The notes under the pieces are model-generated. The model saw only the letters and a program-made list of their open reading frames with translations. It made no database searches and was not told where the DNA came from. From a virus (lineage: Duplodnaviria > Caudoviricetes), in IMG/VR virus record IMGVR_UViG_3300028888_000066, positions 1 to 64,000 of that record: a stretch of 64,000 nt of DNA. One strand, written 5' to 3'. A program made the position numbers and the translations under genes. The stretch's first letter is position 1. Every line of letters begins with the position of its first letter. Positions 41,035-55,043 of this stretch are shown here, one piece after another.

Positions 41035-41727
41035 TCAAGATAAAAATTTACTCATCATATATCCTGTCTTACCCTAATAGGTAACTTTAGTCCAACTGTC
41101 TCCAAGCACCTGTACTCTTTCGCCTTTATCAACTCTCACAAGCACTTTATCATTAGTTGATGGACCACTTCTTAACGCAACTTTAACCGCATTTACAACT
41201 GCGCTTCCTACATTGCTATTTGGAGTTTCCGTGGCGTCGTTATAATCAACGCCCTTTAATTCACCCCATTCGGCCCATTTACTATTCGTTATCTTACTCT
41301 TAATAACACCAGCCTCGGTGCTACTAGCTTCAATAACTTCACCATTACCTATATATAATCCAACGTGCGACCTATCACTCGTACCTCTTAAAACAAAAAC
41401 TGCTGTTCCTGGTTTTAATGTTTTCCCATCGGTACGCTTTCCTCCACTTAATTTGCCCTAGGCCATACAATACTTGTTCCACATAGTATTAGACCCATGA
41501 TACATATATCCGCCTAATTTATTAAAAGCCCAAGAAAATAAGCCGGAGCAGTCAGCAACATAATGGCCTACCCATTTTTGCCCGTATCTTTTAGCATATG
41601 AATCAGTCGCGGCATTTTGCTTTGCCTAAGTCCATAAAATACCAGCAGTATTAATGATATAACCCCACTTATTTTCATAAGCATATTTAAATTTAATAAT
41701 TAAATTAGCCGCAAGAATCGCCATCAT
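41035..41727 (-). CDS. endolysin, NlpC/P60 (CHAP-like) plus SH3b (TAG read-through)
   Basis: ADCSGL, SHVGLYIG..EVIEA, LRSGPST...W.KVTY(TAG)GKTGYM. Confidence 0.85.
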
Positions 41728-41737
41728 CTGACACCTC

Positions 41738-42100
41738 CTACTCATTCATTATATCATCTTGGACTTCCTCTTCTAATTCTTCATTACGTTGCTTATTAAA
41801 GGCACTTACTCGGCCCATCATTTGCTTAAAGCCGCCAGTGGTTAGCCATTTAAATATAAACCTATCACTGTATATATACTTTTCGCCCAACGAATTAATC
41901 AGATAAGTGCCCATGTTGACTAACATAATCCAGTCTAAATTATAGAGGGTAGATGCTAGAGCTTCAGCCGCTTCTGGTACAACCACTGTAGCGCCTAATG
42001 CCGTGAACCGATAGATGGCCCAAATCCAACATATAAACTTACTCATCCACTTGCTGTATTGTAATGCGGCCTTAAGAATCTTCTTACTCTTGTTACTCAT
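41738..42100 (-). CDS. two-TM membrane protein, holin-like
   Basis: Hydrophobic segments, directly upstream of the endolysin. The 3' end is ambiguous (TAG). Confidence 0.6.
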   Translation of the reverse strand: MSNKSKKILKAALQYSKWMSKFICWIWAIYRFTALGATVVVPEAAEALASTLYNLDWIMLVNMGTYLINSLGEKYIYSDRFIFKWLTTGGFKQMMGRVSAFNKQRNEELEEEVQDDIMNE

Positions 42101-42119
42101 AAGCATCCCCTCCATTTTC

Positions 42120-42440
42120 TTATTTCATGTACATATCCTATAAATTTTTAATGGCGGCTGCCTTCCTAATTTCGCGCTCATGCATATAGTTATAAATAGC
42201 CATCATTGGCGCGGGAGGCTCTCCTTTTTCTTTACGATAACCTTCAATTATGGAAACTACCGCATCATGTTGTCCTTTAATAGAATCCATTAAAATTATA
42301 GATTCATTATAGAATGCCTTTGCGGCAATAGGAAATTCCTCTTTGTATTCTATTGCCTTCATGATATTAGTCTCGGCCATATCCAAAATACATTCTATAT
42401 TTTCTGTCATACATTTAATAATTTTCATAACTGTTTTCAC
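42120..42440 (-). CDS. hypothetical helical protein
   Basis: ORF extended through one TAG. Confidence 0.7.
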
Positions 42441-42453
42441 CCCATTGTTTTAT

Positions 42454-43182
42454 TCATTCCAATGATTTTAAAACGTTAGTTTTATATTCTTCTGGAATAT
42501 CTATTCCATATTGAATAGCAGAAATTTCTTTAATTGTTTTAAGTGCATTAATATATTTCTTTAAAGCATTATAATATGTAGTATTATAAATTTTGAAATT
42601 ATTTGCGGCGGAAACAATTTTATTTATTTCTTTTGTGGTATAGAAAGTACAATCTTCTCCATCTGCATGATAAGGAATTTGTCTTGAAGATTGAGCCATA
42701 ATACTTAAATTCATCAAATTTAATTGATCCTATGCACTTAAAGAAAAATGCTAGAGTTTTCCTTGTATTTCTAAATCAAATCCATGTTCAATTGTTTTAC
42801 GGCAAGCTTGAGACATTTCTCTAATTTTAGATTCACGAATAAATTCTAATGAAGCAGTTTCTATTGGATCTTCTAAATGTTTTATTGGTTCTGGTTCTTC
42901 TTCTAAAATTATTTCTATTTCTGCATTATTATTTATTGCTTCATGATACGCAGTATATTCATCTTTTTCAATTGGAATTATACGAACTTCTATAAATTTA
43001 TAATCTATAGAAGTTGGATGCATCCATACGTCTCGATAAAGATTACCATTGTAAGAAATATATTCTCCTATACTTTCATCGCAACGAGTGAAGCAATTAG
43101 ATAATGGAATGTATCGTATAAAGTTTTTAGAAGATACCGCACCAATAATTCTATTATCCTAAATTATTTTATAGTATTTCAT
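42454..43182 (-). CDS. DUF4376-like tail assembly protein
   Basis: KIREMSQAC..TI..GFD...HFSL...DQLN...YHADGEDC..Y. Confidence 0.75.
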
Positions 43183-43235
43183 ATAATACCTCCTCAAAAG
43201 AGGAGGCAGTATATCTCTATACTGCCTCCATTATC

Positions 43236-46200
43236 TTAAATTGCCAGCATATAACTAAGTTTAGCGGTAGTCGCATTAGCATTGGAAAGATTTAACTATC
43301 CAGCATTATTATTATTTGCAACTACTGTAGCAAAATTAACACCATTATTTGAATTACAAATAATAGAACGAGTGAAGTAGCTATCCGCTTTTACCCAACC
43401 GCCGATACCTTCAGAATCACTATCAATATTAGCAGCAATACTATCTCTAATACCAGTAAATTTAGAATTGTTACCTGTGGTTGACATAATAGATAATCCA
43501 TATTTATTAATTTCAGCATTGGATACATAAATATATGCACCATTTGCATCAATATAAATATCACCACTTCTAATATTGGAATTACCAATAGAATCTGCAA
43601 TTGTACGAGTTGGTGATTCAATATTATCAACAAATACACGCATAATATTATTACCTAGACCAAAATGAATAGCTTTTCCCGGGAACCTTAAATTCAAATA
43701 ATATGTATTACTATTAGTTGATGCTTTCCAAGTCTAGTTAGTATCACGATTGAATAAACTAATATGATTTGCTATTAACCAACTAAATGGATTAATTATC
43801 TGATCTTCATTTTCATATGCATCTGCATCTTCTTGTAAATTAGCAATACTATAAGCAAACGCATAATTTCGTACCGTACCATAAACTATATTTTCACCAG
43901 TTCTTGATACAGCATAATATGGAGAATCAGTTTTATATACCGCACGCGTATAAGCAACCTAACTCTTACATAAAATAGATTGTAATTTAATAGGCAAACT
44001 ATTGTAAACACGCTTATCTAATACTGTCTAGAAATCTGTATCTTCGCCCCAACCATATACTTCATTTAAATCATAAGTACTGAAAGAGACACTCTATTTA
44101 CGATCGGAATAAATTTTACCATGCATAGGAGTGTTTAAGGTAGCAAGATAAATTGAAGGCGTCGGAATTACAGCGGTGTCGCTCGCGCGCTTATTAATAA
44201 TAATTGCATTATTATCTCGATATGCATATGGGATACCATAAGTCATATATTCATGCGGCCAAGACGCTAATTTTTTGCATTCTCCGTACCCAACGTCTTC
44301 ACTCCAGTATTTAGCCCAATAAATATTACAACAGGCATTAGTAATATTAATAATATTACTATCAGAAGACTATATAGTTTCACGTGCAGTATCATACAAC
44401 GCACCAAAATTAAGATATGCATTAGAATTAAAGTTAAGAGAGCCTGTTCTCGTAATAGATTCTTCGAAAACATCTAATGGTAAGGTTGTCTCATTACCGC
44501 AACTAGAGTAAATATAAAGGGTAGGACTATTTGCTGGATGACGTAATACTACAATATTACGCATATTAGCATTAACAGCACTACTGATTGCTTTCCTCTA
44601 TGTTGAGTCACTATACATAGCGCCAAATCCAACTTCAACCTAGCCAGAAGAACTATTATAGAATAAGCCTAAACCACTTCTAACATTGTCTGCGCTATGA
44701 TAGCAACTGGCAATAATAGCAAAGGTCTTGTTATAGGTTAAACTATCTAAACTATAATCTATTGCTAATGTAAATGCATCATTTCCCGCGACTAGTGGCT
44801 AAATACTAGTTGTCTAATAATCATTACCATCTCCTGTAAAATACCAAGGATCGCTGGTATCAGCATGAATAGTCTGACCACTAATACTTAAATTATCATA
44901 CCCTAACTTATATTTTACCTAAGTGTCTACCTAAATTAAATTATCTAAACTATAAGTTTGTTTTTGAGCCTAGGTTAATGAAGCATAAATTAATAATTGT
45001 TCGGGAGTTAACGAAGTAGTATCAGCAAATATATTTGGAATACTGTCCTATATAGTTTCTATATCTGCGATGATATCAAAATAATCAGTAAGGCCATCAG
45101 GATGGATATTCGCGGAAGAAGTCTACCAACCTTTAAATATATGAGCTGTAACTTGACCATTGCTAATACTAACATCACAAGTCTCAAAATGAGCATTGTG
45201 AATGTCCATTGCGGTTGGGGCCTCTTCTTCAGCGCCGCCACCATAAGGTACTGTATGATCATTTGCTCTTACTAATTTGGTTTTTTCTTCATCTAAATAC
45301 CATCTTATAGTGTAATCTCTTGGAATCGTTTCAAAATATTCTTGAAGAATAGTATCTTCTTGTATTACTTTTGCACCACTTAATGGAGTTGAAGCGCCAT
45401 ATTCTTTCCATCCAGAATATGTTACATAGGTACCATTACGAGGGTCACGTAAGCCAAAGATATATCTTTCTTGCGGCGTCTGGGCTCGCGCAGGCATATG
45501 CCCAATTGTGCCATTAGAATAAATATCTGGCGCAGTATTTCCATCATTAATATAGAGAATTGTGGTCTGATCTTCATAATAGTATGTTACTCTATGCTTT
45601 ATCTCTTCCTTTGTAGGATCAATAATAATTCTAAGATCTGGGAATAACGGACTCTCATTATAATCTCTTGCTAAAATAGAATTATTCCAAACCCTATCAT
45701 CTCCTTCGCCAGTATAATAACCAACTGTATTGGTATAAACTTTAGCTTCAACTTTAGACCATGCTCCAGTAATAGTAATAGTACCACTTAATACAATTAA
45801 TCCACCAGCGTCTTCTATTATTGGCTTTAAACGTCCAATAGAATCTATTGTTTGTAATGCTGTAATAGTAGCAGTAGATAATTTCTATAGTGATAAATGC
45901 GTACTAGTACTTTCTTTCTATAACATACCTACAGCCACATCAAGCCAATGTACATTACTAGAATAGTCACTATCATTAATATCTAAAGTATATAGTGAAT
46001 TATATGTTTCAGTACCATTCCTATCTGTAATAGAGAAATCAGTTAAGAAACGCGCGCTATTTAATACTAAATCAGTAACCGTTGAAGGTAGATGTAAAGT
46101 CTAAATTTGTGTATATTCGGGTAATGCAATACCGCCTATGATGCTGCCAGCGGCTTCTACAGTTCGTAGATTATTTGCGGTTCTTAGGCCTATTGGTGTT

Positions 46201-49200
46201 GCGAGGCTACCACAATTCTTAATATTTAATGTTTCAAGTAGTGGTAACTATGTTTCATTTGTTAATGGTAGTTCAACGAAGTTTCCATTACGATAACCAG
46301 AATTATCAGTACCAACATCTAATTCTTTTAGGTGATCTAGATTATTTAATGTAAATGCATAAGGATACATTGGCGCTAAATTACCTAATTTAGATATCAT
46401 CTTAAAGCCGCTAATATATACACGAGTTTCAGCGAAGTTACCTGCTGTATAATCATCTAGTTTAATAGTATATTCTTGATTAGCTTTCGCGCGAATCGGA
46501 GGAATTGGAGTACCATTACCAACAACTACATTCAAATACATATCTTGATATGGAGTTAAATGTAAATGATAGTCAGGCTATACTGCTAATAATGAATGAT
46601 CTCCCGCGGGAGAAACAATGTTAAATTCTGTCTTATTAACAGAAATATCACCAATATTATATTTACTATTAAAATAGAATCCCTAATCACGTACCCACTG
46701 ACGGCGTTGATATTTCTTACGGCCCTGCATCATGGACATTAAGAAACGAGCATTTTGCTTACCCTCTTGTACAGAATTATCTACTGAAGCGCCAGTATAT
46801 GTTCTAATATACTTACGTTCAATATCAAGACGCCAAATTTCTTCTGGGAAGCAATTCTGGAAATCATCAAATTCTTTAATTAGATGTTCAGAATTGAAAC
46901 AGTTCTTACCAGTATTGTTCATAACTTCAGCAATTTCTTCTGGGAAAGTTGTCTTTAATCTACGCCAGAAAATAGAACCAGCACCATTAAAGGCATAACC
47001 TGAGGAAGGCTCGCCATCTACACGATAGTCATCATCTTCTTTACCATAAGGGAATACAAGTGCACCGTTATTATCAATACCAAGCGCAGTATCGCAGTCA
47101 TATACCCATAAATCAAATGCATATTGAGTATAATAAGTAGCGGAAGGATCAAATGCCCCTGTCGCTGGAACGAATGTACCGGTCCACACATTAGTATCAT
47201 TAGAATTAGAAAGATTCTAAACTGCGTCTTCAGAAGTCTCATAAACATGGAATAAAGCTTCGACTGGTCTACTAACTTTCCGATGAATACCAGTTTTAGC
47301 AAAATGCCAGAAAGTGTTTTTCGCGCGGTTATCCATCATTGTATAATAATGAGTGTACGCATAGAAGAATTCCATAGCATTCTTTACAAACCATTCTGAA
47401 GCTTCAGTTCTATATTGCTGTTCCGTCGCGGTTATTGCCCATTCATACATAGCTAGCATAACATCATGGTTAAGATCAAATTGTACATCATCTTTTGTAC
47501 GTGGTTCATTTTTACTATTTAATATAGTACTGTTACCATTCGTATCATTTATTAAATCACCATCACGATAATCGCCCTTACAAGCATATCTAAATTCGAA
47601 GGAATGGTCTCCATCAAATTCTTCCGTTACTAATGTCATATGTTTTCTATTTAAATAATCATCACCAAATTTAACATTCCATTGACTTGGTGTAATTGGA
47701 TAAATATATTCCATAGGATTAGGATTAGTACGAGGTGCAAAATATGGAGGTGTATCATCGGTCCAACCAGTATAAGTAATTGCTGTCCAAGCACTACTAT
47801 TCCAGGTAGATTCTGCTGCTTGGTCCGCTCCAGTTAATGTATAAACCATACCATTATATACCACAATATCACCAGTAGTATATGCATTAGCACTATTCCA
47901 AGCCGCATAATCTGTTTCAATTGCATCGTGAGACTGATAATTAAATACACCAGACTGGAATTGACCATTATTGGTATTATTATCTGAATTTTCACAGGTA
48001 AATTCATTCATATCATCTGGGTCATAAGCACGGGTATAGTCGGTTTTCTTGGAATCACCAATATTACCCAATGCATAGAAGTGCCAATTAGTATCTTTAA
48101 ATTCGGTATGCGTTGCAATTGTCGCATTATGTTCACGTACAAATAATACTGCTGGAACAAACTCCATACAATTCTTTACAATAACATCTTCAATATTATC
48201 GTATGTATCGTGGTGCTTTGCTACTTGAGCAGCCTAGGCTGGGGAACTATAAGTTAAGAAATCATTATATCTCTTTTGGAATAAAGCATTATTAACATTT
48301 TCAGAAGATGCTACATTAACTTTTAAGTTAAAATAGTTATTGGGTACTGATGAATTAGTTAATGAAACTTTACAATCATCATTCTTCCAATCAGAGCATT
48401 TACTAGTAGTACCAATCTTTTTCCAATTTCTAGCATCAAATGCCTACTCACTGGTATGATTTTTGGTACAAGAATAAATAATGCCAGAATATTGATCTTC
48501 AATAATTACTTTATCGCCTAAAACATATGGGGTCTCTGGCTCCCAAGCATTGTAAGATGCGCTCCAAGAAGTTCCATCAAAAGTACTAGCATCCTTACCT
48601 TTAATAACTTCAGAAATATAAGTTGGATTTTCTACAATCTTATATTTGCCCATATTCTTAGATTTAGTAGGCCAGTGTACTGCATCAACCTCAAATAAGA
48701 AGTCTACGTTTCTTGCGGCCTAACCATAGTTATCAGATGTGGTACCCTGTCCAGCATGGAAACCATTTATAAATAGCCAGTTATCTTCATCTCCACGAGA
48801 AGTGTAGATATTACCGCCATCCGCATGAATACAACGTAAGGATGAATTCATAACAAAGTCTTTTTTACCAGTTGTAAAAACATCTGTATCTAACATTAAG
48901 ATTTTTACATTTGGCATTTTCGCAGCTAATTTGATTGGATCTAATGTAGATTCGGCAGTCTTGGTCAGCATATATCCGCCTTCACCGTCATTTAATGCAG
49001 GATTCCAATAAATACAGTTTCTATCATATCTTTCAACTTTTTCATTTAAATCTTTACCATCGGCAATAAAGTTTTGGAGAATCTAGTCTGTACTTAAAGC
49101 CTTAACATAATAACGTAAACGATAGATATAAACATCACAATCGTTTGAACCAATATGAATCGTTCCATTATGACTGATCTTATCTCCGCCAGAACCAGTG

Positions 49201-52200
49201 GTATAAGCATAAGCTTTACTTGGAACACCATCTTCATAAGACATAATAAAACTGTTATTAGCTTCATTCTTATTAATGTTAATATCTAGTTCAATTTTGT
49301 CTTCTTCGGAATAAGGGAAATATAGATAAGAGTTTGTAGCTAATACTTCAGTATCTAATTGGCCAATAGCTAGCCATTTTTTCATATAACTCTTTGCTGG
49401 ATCTTCATCTAAATCAACCGAAGTATCCTATAAATCAATGTTAAGGCTCGTATCAGTAGCATTAATACATCTATAAATATTTTTACGAATTACCCGTATA
49501 TCATTAAGTTGATATTCAGTATTAGGTTCCCAGTAAGTATAAGTAATACCTTTAACTGTAATAGTATCTTCATCAGTATCTTCATCTGCCATAGTGGTTG
49601 CATTTACAGCCTTATCTGTTTTCAGCCAACCAGAATGCGCGCTCAATTGAATACCTACAGTTTTACCAGAAACTTCTCCAGTATTTTGATACCATATAGC
49701 ATCAGCATTCCGTACTGAAGAAGTTTTAAACACTATCTTCATTTCCGCGCCGTTTCCAAAGACATCGTTTGCAAACATTGGATAGTCTAAATCAATATAG
49801 GAACCTGCTTTAATTACAAAACACTTGTCCCCATTGCTATCTTTTTTATATCCGCCGCCATTAATATCTTCAGACCAGTTAAAATTAGGAGATGCGGTCA
49901 ATTTAAAGGTTTTATTTACCTAATTAATACGAGTATCCCACTGTGGTAAACGATTTTCTGCGCTATTAGATAACATAGTGGGATCAAAATCTATAACTGC
50001 CCCGTTTACTGGTGATAGATTCTTATCAGACCTAGTAACATTTAAATTAATTGTAATGTAAACTTCATCAACCTAAATCTTTAATGTATGAGATCCAACA
50101 TCGCCAGCAACATAAGATAGCGTACCAATATTAGTATCAGTTAACGTACTTGTCTGATATGGGGAAACATCAGCATCTAAGTAATATTCAACCACTATTG
50201 AAGAGGCATCTTTCTTATATACTTGATATGGAATTTCCACGATAGAATATTGCATGGTGTCTATAGAGATATTTTCATATTTCGATGCAATAATAATTGG
50301 AGTACTTTCATCATTTATATCATACCAAATATATTCACGATTAATTACATTAGAGTATTCTGTTTGACCGCCAATTACCGCGGCTAATTTCATCTCAATA
50401 GTATGTTTACCATGCTATAGCTCATCTGTAATGATGAAATTGCTTTGTACGCCAGAAACCGTGCTATTAAGCGGAACTGTATGAGTAATTTCATTTTGAG
50501 TATTTTTATCAATAATAACCTGTAATTCTTTATTAATAGTACCAATTGGCGTATATGGGAATTCATATTCATCCCCAACCATAATTAATAAGTTATCTGG
50601 AGCAGTAGATTCTAAACGTAAATCTGTTAAATTTACTCTCCATCCCTTACCTAATGAAACGCCACCAACTTCTACAGTTAATGTGAAATTGGTATTACCA
50701 ATACCGCAATAGTTGGTTACATCAAATTCATGATAGCCTGCAGTATTTTCTTTCCAACCATTTACTTTTTCATCCGATACTTCACAAGAAGATAATTCTC
50801 TATTAGAGAAAATAATTGTATCTCCTGTACGTAAAGTAGCATAACCTGTACTACTTTCCGAACCGCTAGCATCAAATGAAGAATAGAATACACGTAATAA
50901 GATTTGGCTGCCAACAACTTTCTGAATAACTTCACTACCGATACGTAATAAGCGATTATTTTGTGCTGAACTTGAACCATCGCCGCCACCACGTGGGAGT
51001 TCTACTTGTGTAAATAATTTATCGTCATCAATTATCGTATTATCTTCATTATAGTTATATTGATATAAATTGAGATAAGTTACTGCGACAGGTTCATCCT
51101 AGCCCTCTACTTGTTTTTCACCGGCAACAGTTGCAATATTGTATTTTTTAATTTGAGCAATATCTACAATATTACCAATTTCAATTTCAACTAAATTATT
51201 ATTATCTCCATCAACCCATCTATAGTGATGGACTCCATCGGATTCATTAACATAATAATCAGTATTTTTACTATGAGTTGTTAATTCTTCATATTCTGCA
51301 GCGGTCATATCAAATCCAGAAGAATTACCTGTTCCGCTGCCGCCTCCACTAATTAACGCCCAAGTAAATGTATCGGGATTAGAACCAGTTTTAATATACT
51401 TCCAATAATAATATTTATCTCCATTCTTTAGTAAATAGTCTACTGTAGTAGAAGGATTGCTAATATTATTAGGAATGCCTTCAGTATCATAGGTGACATT
51501 TTCTACAATAACTGTACCAGAACTTTCTAATGTAGATACGCGCCCAGTTAAAGCATTCAAAGCAGTAGTAGAAGCAGCATTAACCTATTCTATAGCAGTA
51601 AATCTCGCACTTAAGGTATCATCATTAGTACGATGAGCCGCATCAATTTCATCAGAAATATTATCCATACGAGTTCCAGTACGTTCAATAGCATCTGCTA
51701 ATGGTAATACTGTATCAGCTTCCTAAAGCATGCCAATCTCTTTTCCCATCGCAATCACATTGGCTTCTATTGTATCAACACGACTATTAGTATTTTGAAT
51801 TGCGCCTGTTTGAGTATTATACATATTTAATTCATTAGCAATTGTTGCAATATTATCAGTAGTATTTGCTGCTAATGTCTCAATTGCTTCTAAACGCGCA
51901 TCTAAACTAGTATATGTTTTAGGAACCTCATATGTTACTTCTTCGCCGCCTTCTTCTGAAGTAACTGATTCAGTTATTATTGAAGATGTCCTTGCGTTTT
52001 CAACTTCAGATGCAACATTCGATACCGATCCATCTAAAGTATCAATCGCGTCTTGTAAAGTTTTACCAACTCGAGCGTCTAAAACTTTACCTGCCGTAGT
52101 ATAATCTACATCATTATAGATATCTGTTTTATCTACTTTATGCTCATCTGCATAATTCACCGCGTAAGACTCTGCAGTTGACTATGCATTAGAAATAGCA

Positions 52201-53093
52201 GTTGCAACTGTATTATCTGGACCGTAAGAACCGCCAATTGTTTCTTTTAATTCTTTACCTTTAGCCGCGCTTAATGGTTTGTTAGTATCTGTAGAGATAA
52301 AGTCATTTTTTATATCAGCATACTTTACAGTATTATCTTCTAAAGTTCTAATACGTGAAGTATTTGAATTAACAACCGTCTCATCTGCTTCTAAACGTGC
52401 GTCAATGCTTGCATATGTAACATCATTTGCAGTAGACACATAAGCATTTTCTAATTCAGTAATTAATGCTGGTAATGTCTTAGTTGGAATACTATTATCA
52501 TCAATTGCAGTTAAACGCTGTGCAAAAGTACGCATCCCCTCAGGTTCTATAATACTTAAGGCTGATTGCGCAGTACCTTGAGCGATAGAAATTTTTCTAT
52601 AGATATCATTAATACGTTCTGCTAATGATTCTGCTGGGCGAGTAGTTTGAGTTTCCTCAATAAAAATCGATCCGCCTTGAGAATAAGCTGCTTGTATCCA
52701 TAATATTGCAGTGTTGGCTTCAGAAGATACTGTCTCAATATTAGATTCTATAGTGCCTAATCGAGATGCTAAATTGATAGCAGGAGTACTATCTTCTTCA
52801 GATGCCCAAATCATAGCGGGTTTAACATAGGTCCAAGCTAAAACACCCTAATCTGCTTTTACATCAGTATCTTGATTACTACGACGGGCCTACTCGGCTA
52901 TTTGTTTTGCTTCCGCGGCTGCGGCTGCAGCCGTTGTCACACTACTATCTAGTCCATCTATTGATGTAGACATTTCATGGGCATTTATATCAATTGCTTC
53001 AATTCCCTATTCAATATGTCTCATTTTCTCCTGCGTAACAGGATCTCCAGTATTCCACATATATGCTACATACGGACTTCGTTCAATCGCCAT
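43236..53093 (-). CDS. giant virion protein (3,285 aa with TAG=Gln) containing a CotH-kinase-like domain
   Basis: The main-frame ORF fragments I checked between 52814 and 43296 share one frame and end in TAG. DNRAKN...YDCDTALG motif, LRR-like and carbohydrate-binding-like segments. Confidence 0.8.
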
Positions 53094-53223
53094 ACTATTA
53101 CCTCCTTTTTCTCAAATTTTTAGATTAAGAAGTATAAACTTCTTTCTAACTGTTTTGTGTTGGCAAAGTACCATAATAATTGTTTTAGTTTTTATAGATA
53201 AAAAAAATTGCGGCCAAGCCGCA

Positions 53224-53643
53224 TTATTTAAATTTCTCCTCTACATACCCATCTTCGGTAGTATAATAAATTTTTTTAATTCCAAGTTCGCGCAACAACG
53301 CCATGCAAGAAGGGCACGGGCGCGAAGGCCCGAGAGTACCATTCTTATATTCCCTATACAAATAAATATGAACTTTCGTCCAGTCCAGGCTATCTCCAAA
53401 TTTCCAGCGCAATCTTTGTATAAGAGAAATCTCCGCATGGGCCTTATCGGGAGTATCTGCATTAAAACGATATACATTATAGCGCGCCTGTAACGGCGAA
53501 GTCTTATTCGTATTCCACGCGGTCGCCACAATACTCCCTTTATAAATCGCACATGCCCCTATCATAGGAGAAAATCTATGAGAACCAGTATAAGTCGCGC
53601 GCATTGAAGCCTCGCGCGCGAATTTAAAGTATCTTTCTTTCAT
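53224..53643 (-). CDS. zinc-dependent cytidine/adenosine deaminase-fold protein
   Basis: HAE...SRPCPSC motif. Confidence 0.85.
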   Translation of the reverse strand: MKERYFKFAREASMRATYTGSHRFSPMIGACAIYKGSIVATAWNTNKTSPLQARYNVYRFNADTPDKAHAEISLIQRLRWKFGDSLDWTKVHIYLYREYKNGTLGPSRPCPSCMALLRELGIKKIYYTTEDGYVEEKFK

Positions 53644-53809
53644 TTTCTTGTTCTTTCAACCATCTACATTCATGTGGATCCATACTACAAATTTTTTTGT
53701 CATTCTTACAATACCATTCTCCAGATTTTTCTATAATTGGAGGATATGGCTTCCATTCACTGAAAATACATTCATCTTGTTTTGGCATCTCATCAACTAT
53801 AAATTTCAT
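53624..53809 (-). CDS. small Cys-containing hypothetical protein
   Basis: ORF with GGAG RBS behind the promoter at 53833-53860. Confidence 0.7.
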   Translation of the reverse strand: MKFIVDEMPKQDECIFSEWKPYPPIIEKSGEWYCKNDKKICSMDPHECRWLKEQENERKIL

Positions 53810-53832
53810 ACTATTTTCTCCTCCATAATAAA

Positions 53833-53860
53833 ATTATACCATAAATTTTACATAAGTCAA
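53833..53860 (-). promoter_or_regulatory. sigmaA-type promoter
   Basis: TTGACT-16nt-TATAAT with extended TG. Confidence 0.7.
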
Positions 53861-53886
53861 ATACTTATAATTCGAGGTGATAGCAT

Positions 53887-54549
53887 ATGAAAATTAAGGT
53901 GAAAGTAACAACACCAAGTAATATGAAATACTTTAAGTGCGCGAGTGGCGCCATTGTTGAAGTTGAACTTGAAGATTATGTCAGATGTGTAGTAGCATCT
54001 GAAATTGGTAAAGCTTCATTAGAAGCGTGTAAGGCGCAGGCAATAGCTTGTCGTACATTCGCATGTTCGCGTGGAGTGCTTGATGGCAAACCTATTAGTG
54101 ATGATGCGGGAAAGGCGCAAGCATACATAGCTGCGCGAGATTATTACGATGTATGTAATTAGGCTACAAAAGAAACTGAAGGTCAAGTTCTAATGTATGG
54201 CGGTCGCTATTGTACAACTTATTTTTCTCATTCAAATGGCGGTCGTACATATGCTTGCGAAGAAGTTTGGAACCAAAAGAAGCCATACCTAGTTGGGCGC
54301 AAAGATGAATGGACACAGAAATCAGGAATTAAGCGCAACGGACATGGCATTGGTTTGAGCCAAGCGGGCGCTAAATATGCTGGAGAACATGGAGTAGGAT
54401 ATCGGGAAATATTAAGTTTCTATTATCCCTATACTACATTAAAGCAAATAGAAATGACAGTAGATGGTAAAGATTATCATAAAAAAGTTATGGAAGAAGT
54501 AAAGGTTCGAGTAGAGAATGCTCTAAAAGATTTAGAGGGGATGCTGTAA
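53887..54549 (+). CDS. SpoIID/LytB-domain peptidoglycan hydrolase (TAG read-through)
   Basis: LEDYV..VVASE....LEA.KAQAIA.RT and GHGIGLSQ.GA...GY.EILSFYYP. One TAG at 54160. Confidence 0.88.
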
Positions 54550-54567
54550 GGCATCCCCTCTTTTTTT
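54535..54567 (+). terminator. intrinsic terminator between convergent genes
   Basis: GAGGGGATGC/GCATCCCCTC followed by T7. Confidence 0.8.
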
Positions 54568-55042
54568 ATTCTATTCCTTTAGACATATGCTCGTCAATTT
54601 TATTTTGGAGCGCATTACGCTTTTCTTCCAACTTCATACCAAAATCATTAAACATAGTAATCATGTCGCCAAGACGTCTATCAAGAGTCTGCACTAGCTG
54701 ATTAGCCCGCTTAAAGAAGCTTTTATAGCACTTATCTTTCGCGCGCGAAAATGCTATCATACGGCCCAATTCTTCATCCCATTCATCTTCTGGTGCGCAA
54801 ACTGCTTTACCCATAAAAGATACTGGCATTTCAAGATTTTTTTCCTGCCATCCATAATCTAGCGCAAAACTAAAATCAATATCATTAAACCTAAAATTTT
54901 TCTCAATAAAATCCTCTAACATTGTGCTTACAATAGTAGTACTTCCATCTTTGTGACGAATTTTGTTTGGAATTACACATACTACTGTCCGAGCATCCTC
55001 ATCGACATAAAACTTACAATCTGACATTTTAATACCGTTCAT
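54566..55042 (-). CDS. hypothetical phage protein
   Basis: 158 aa, GKAVCAPEDEWDEELG..IA..RA motif. Confidence 0.8.
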   Translation of the reverse strand: MNGIKMSDCKFYVDEDARTVVCVIPNKIRHKDGSTTIVSTMLEDFIEKNFRFNDIDFSFALDYGWQEKNLEMPVSFMGKAVCAPEDEWDEELGRMIAFSRAKDKCYKSFFKRANQLVQTLDRRLGDMITMFNDFGMKLEEKRNALQNKIDEHMSKGIE

Positions 55043-55043
55043 A

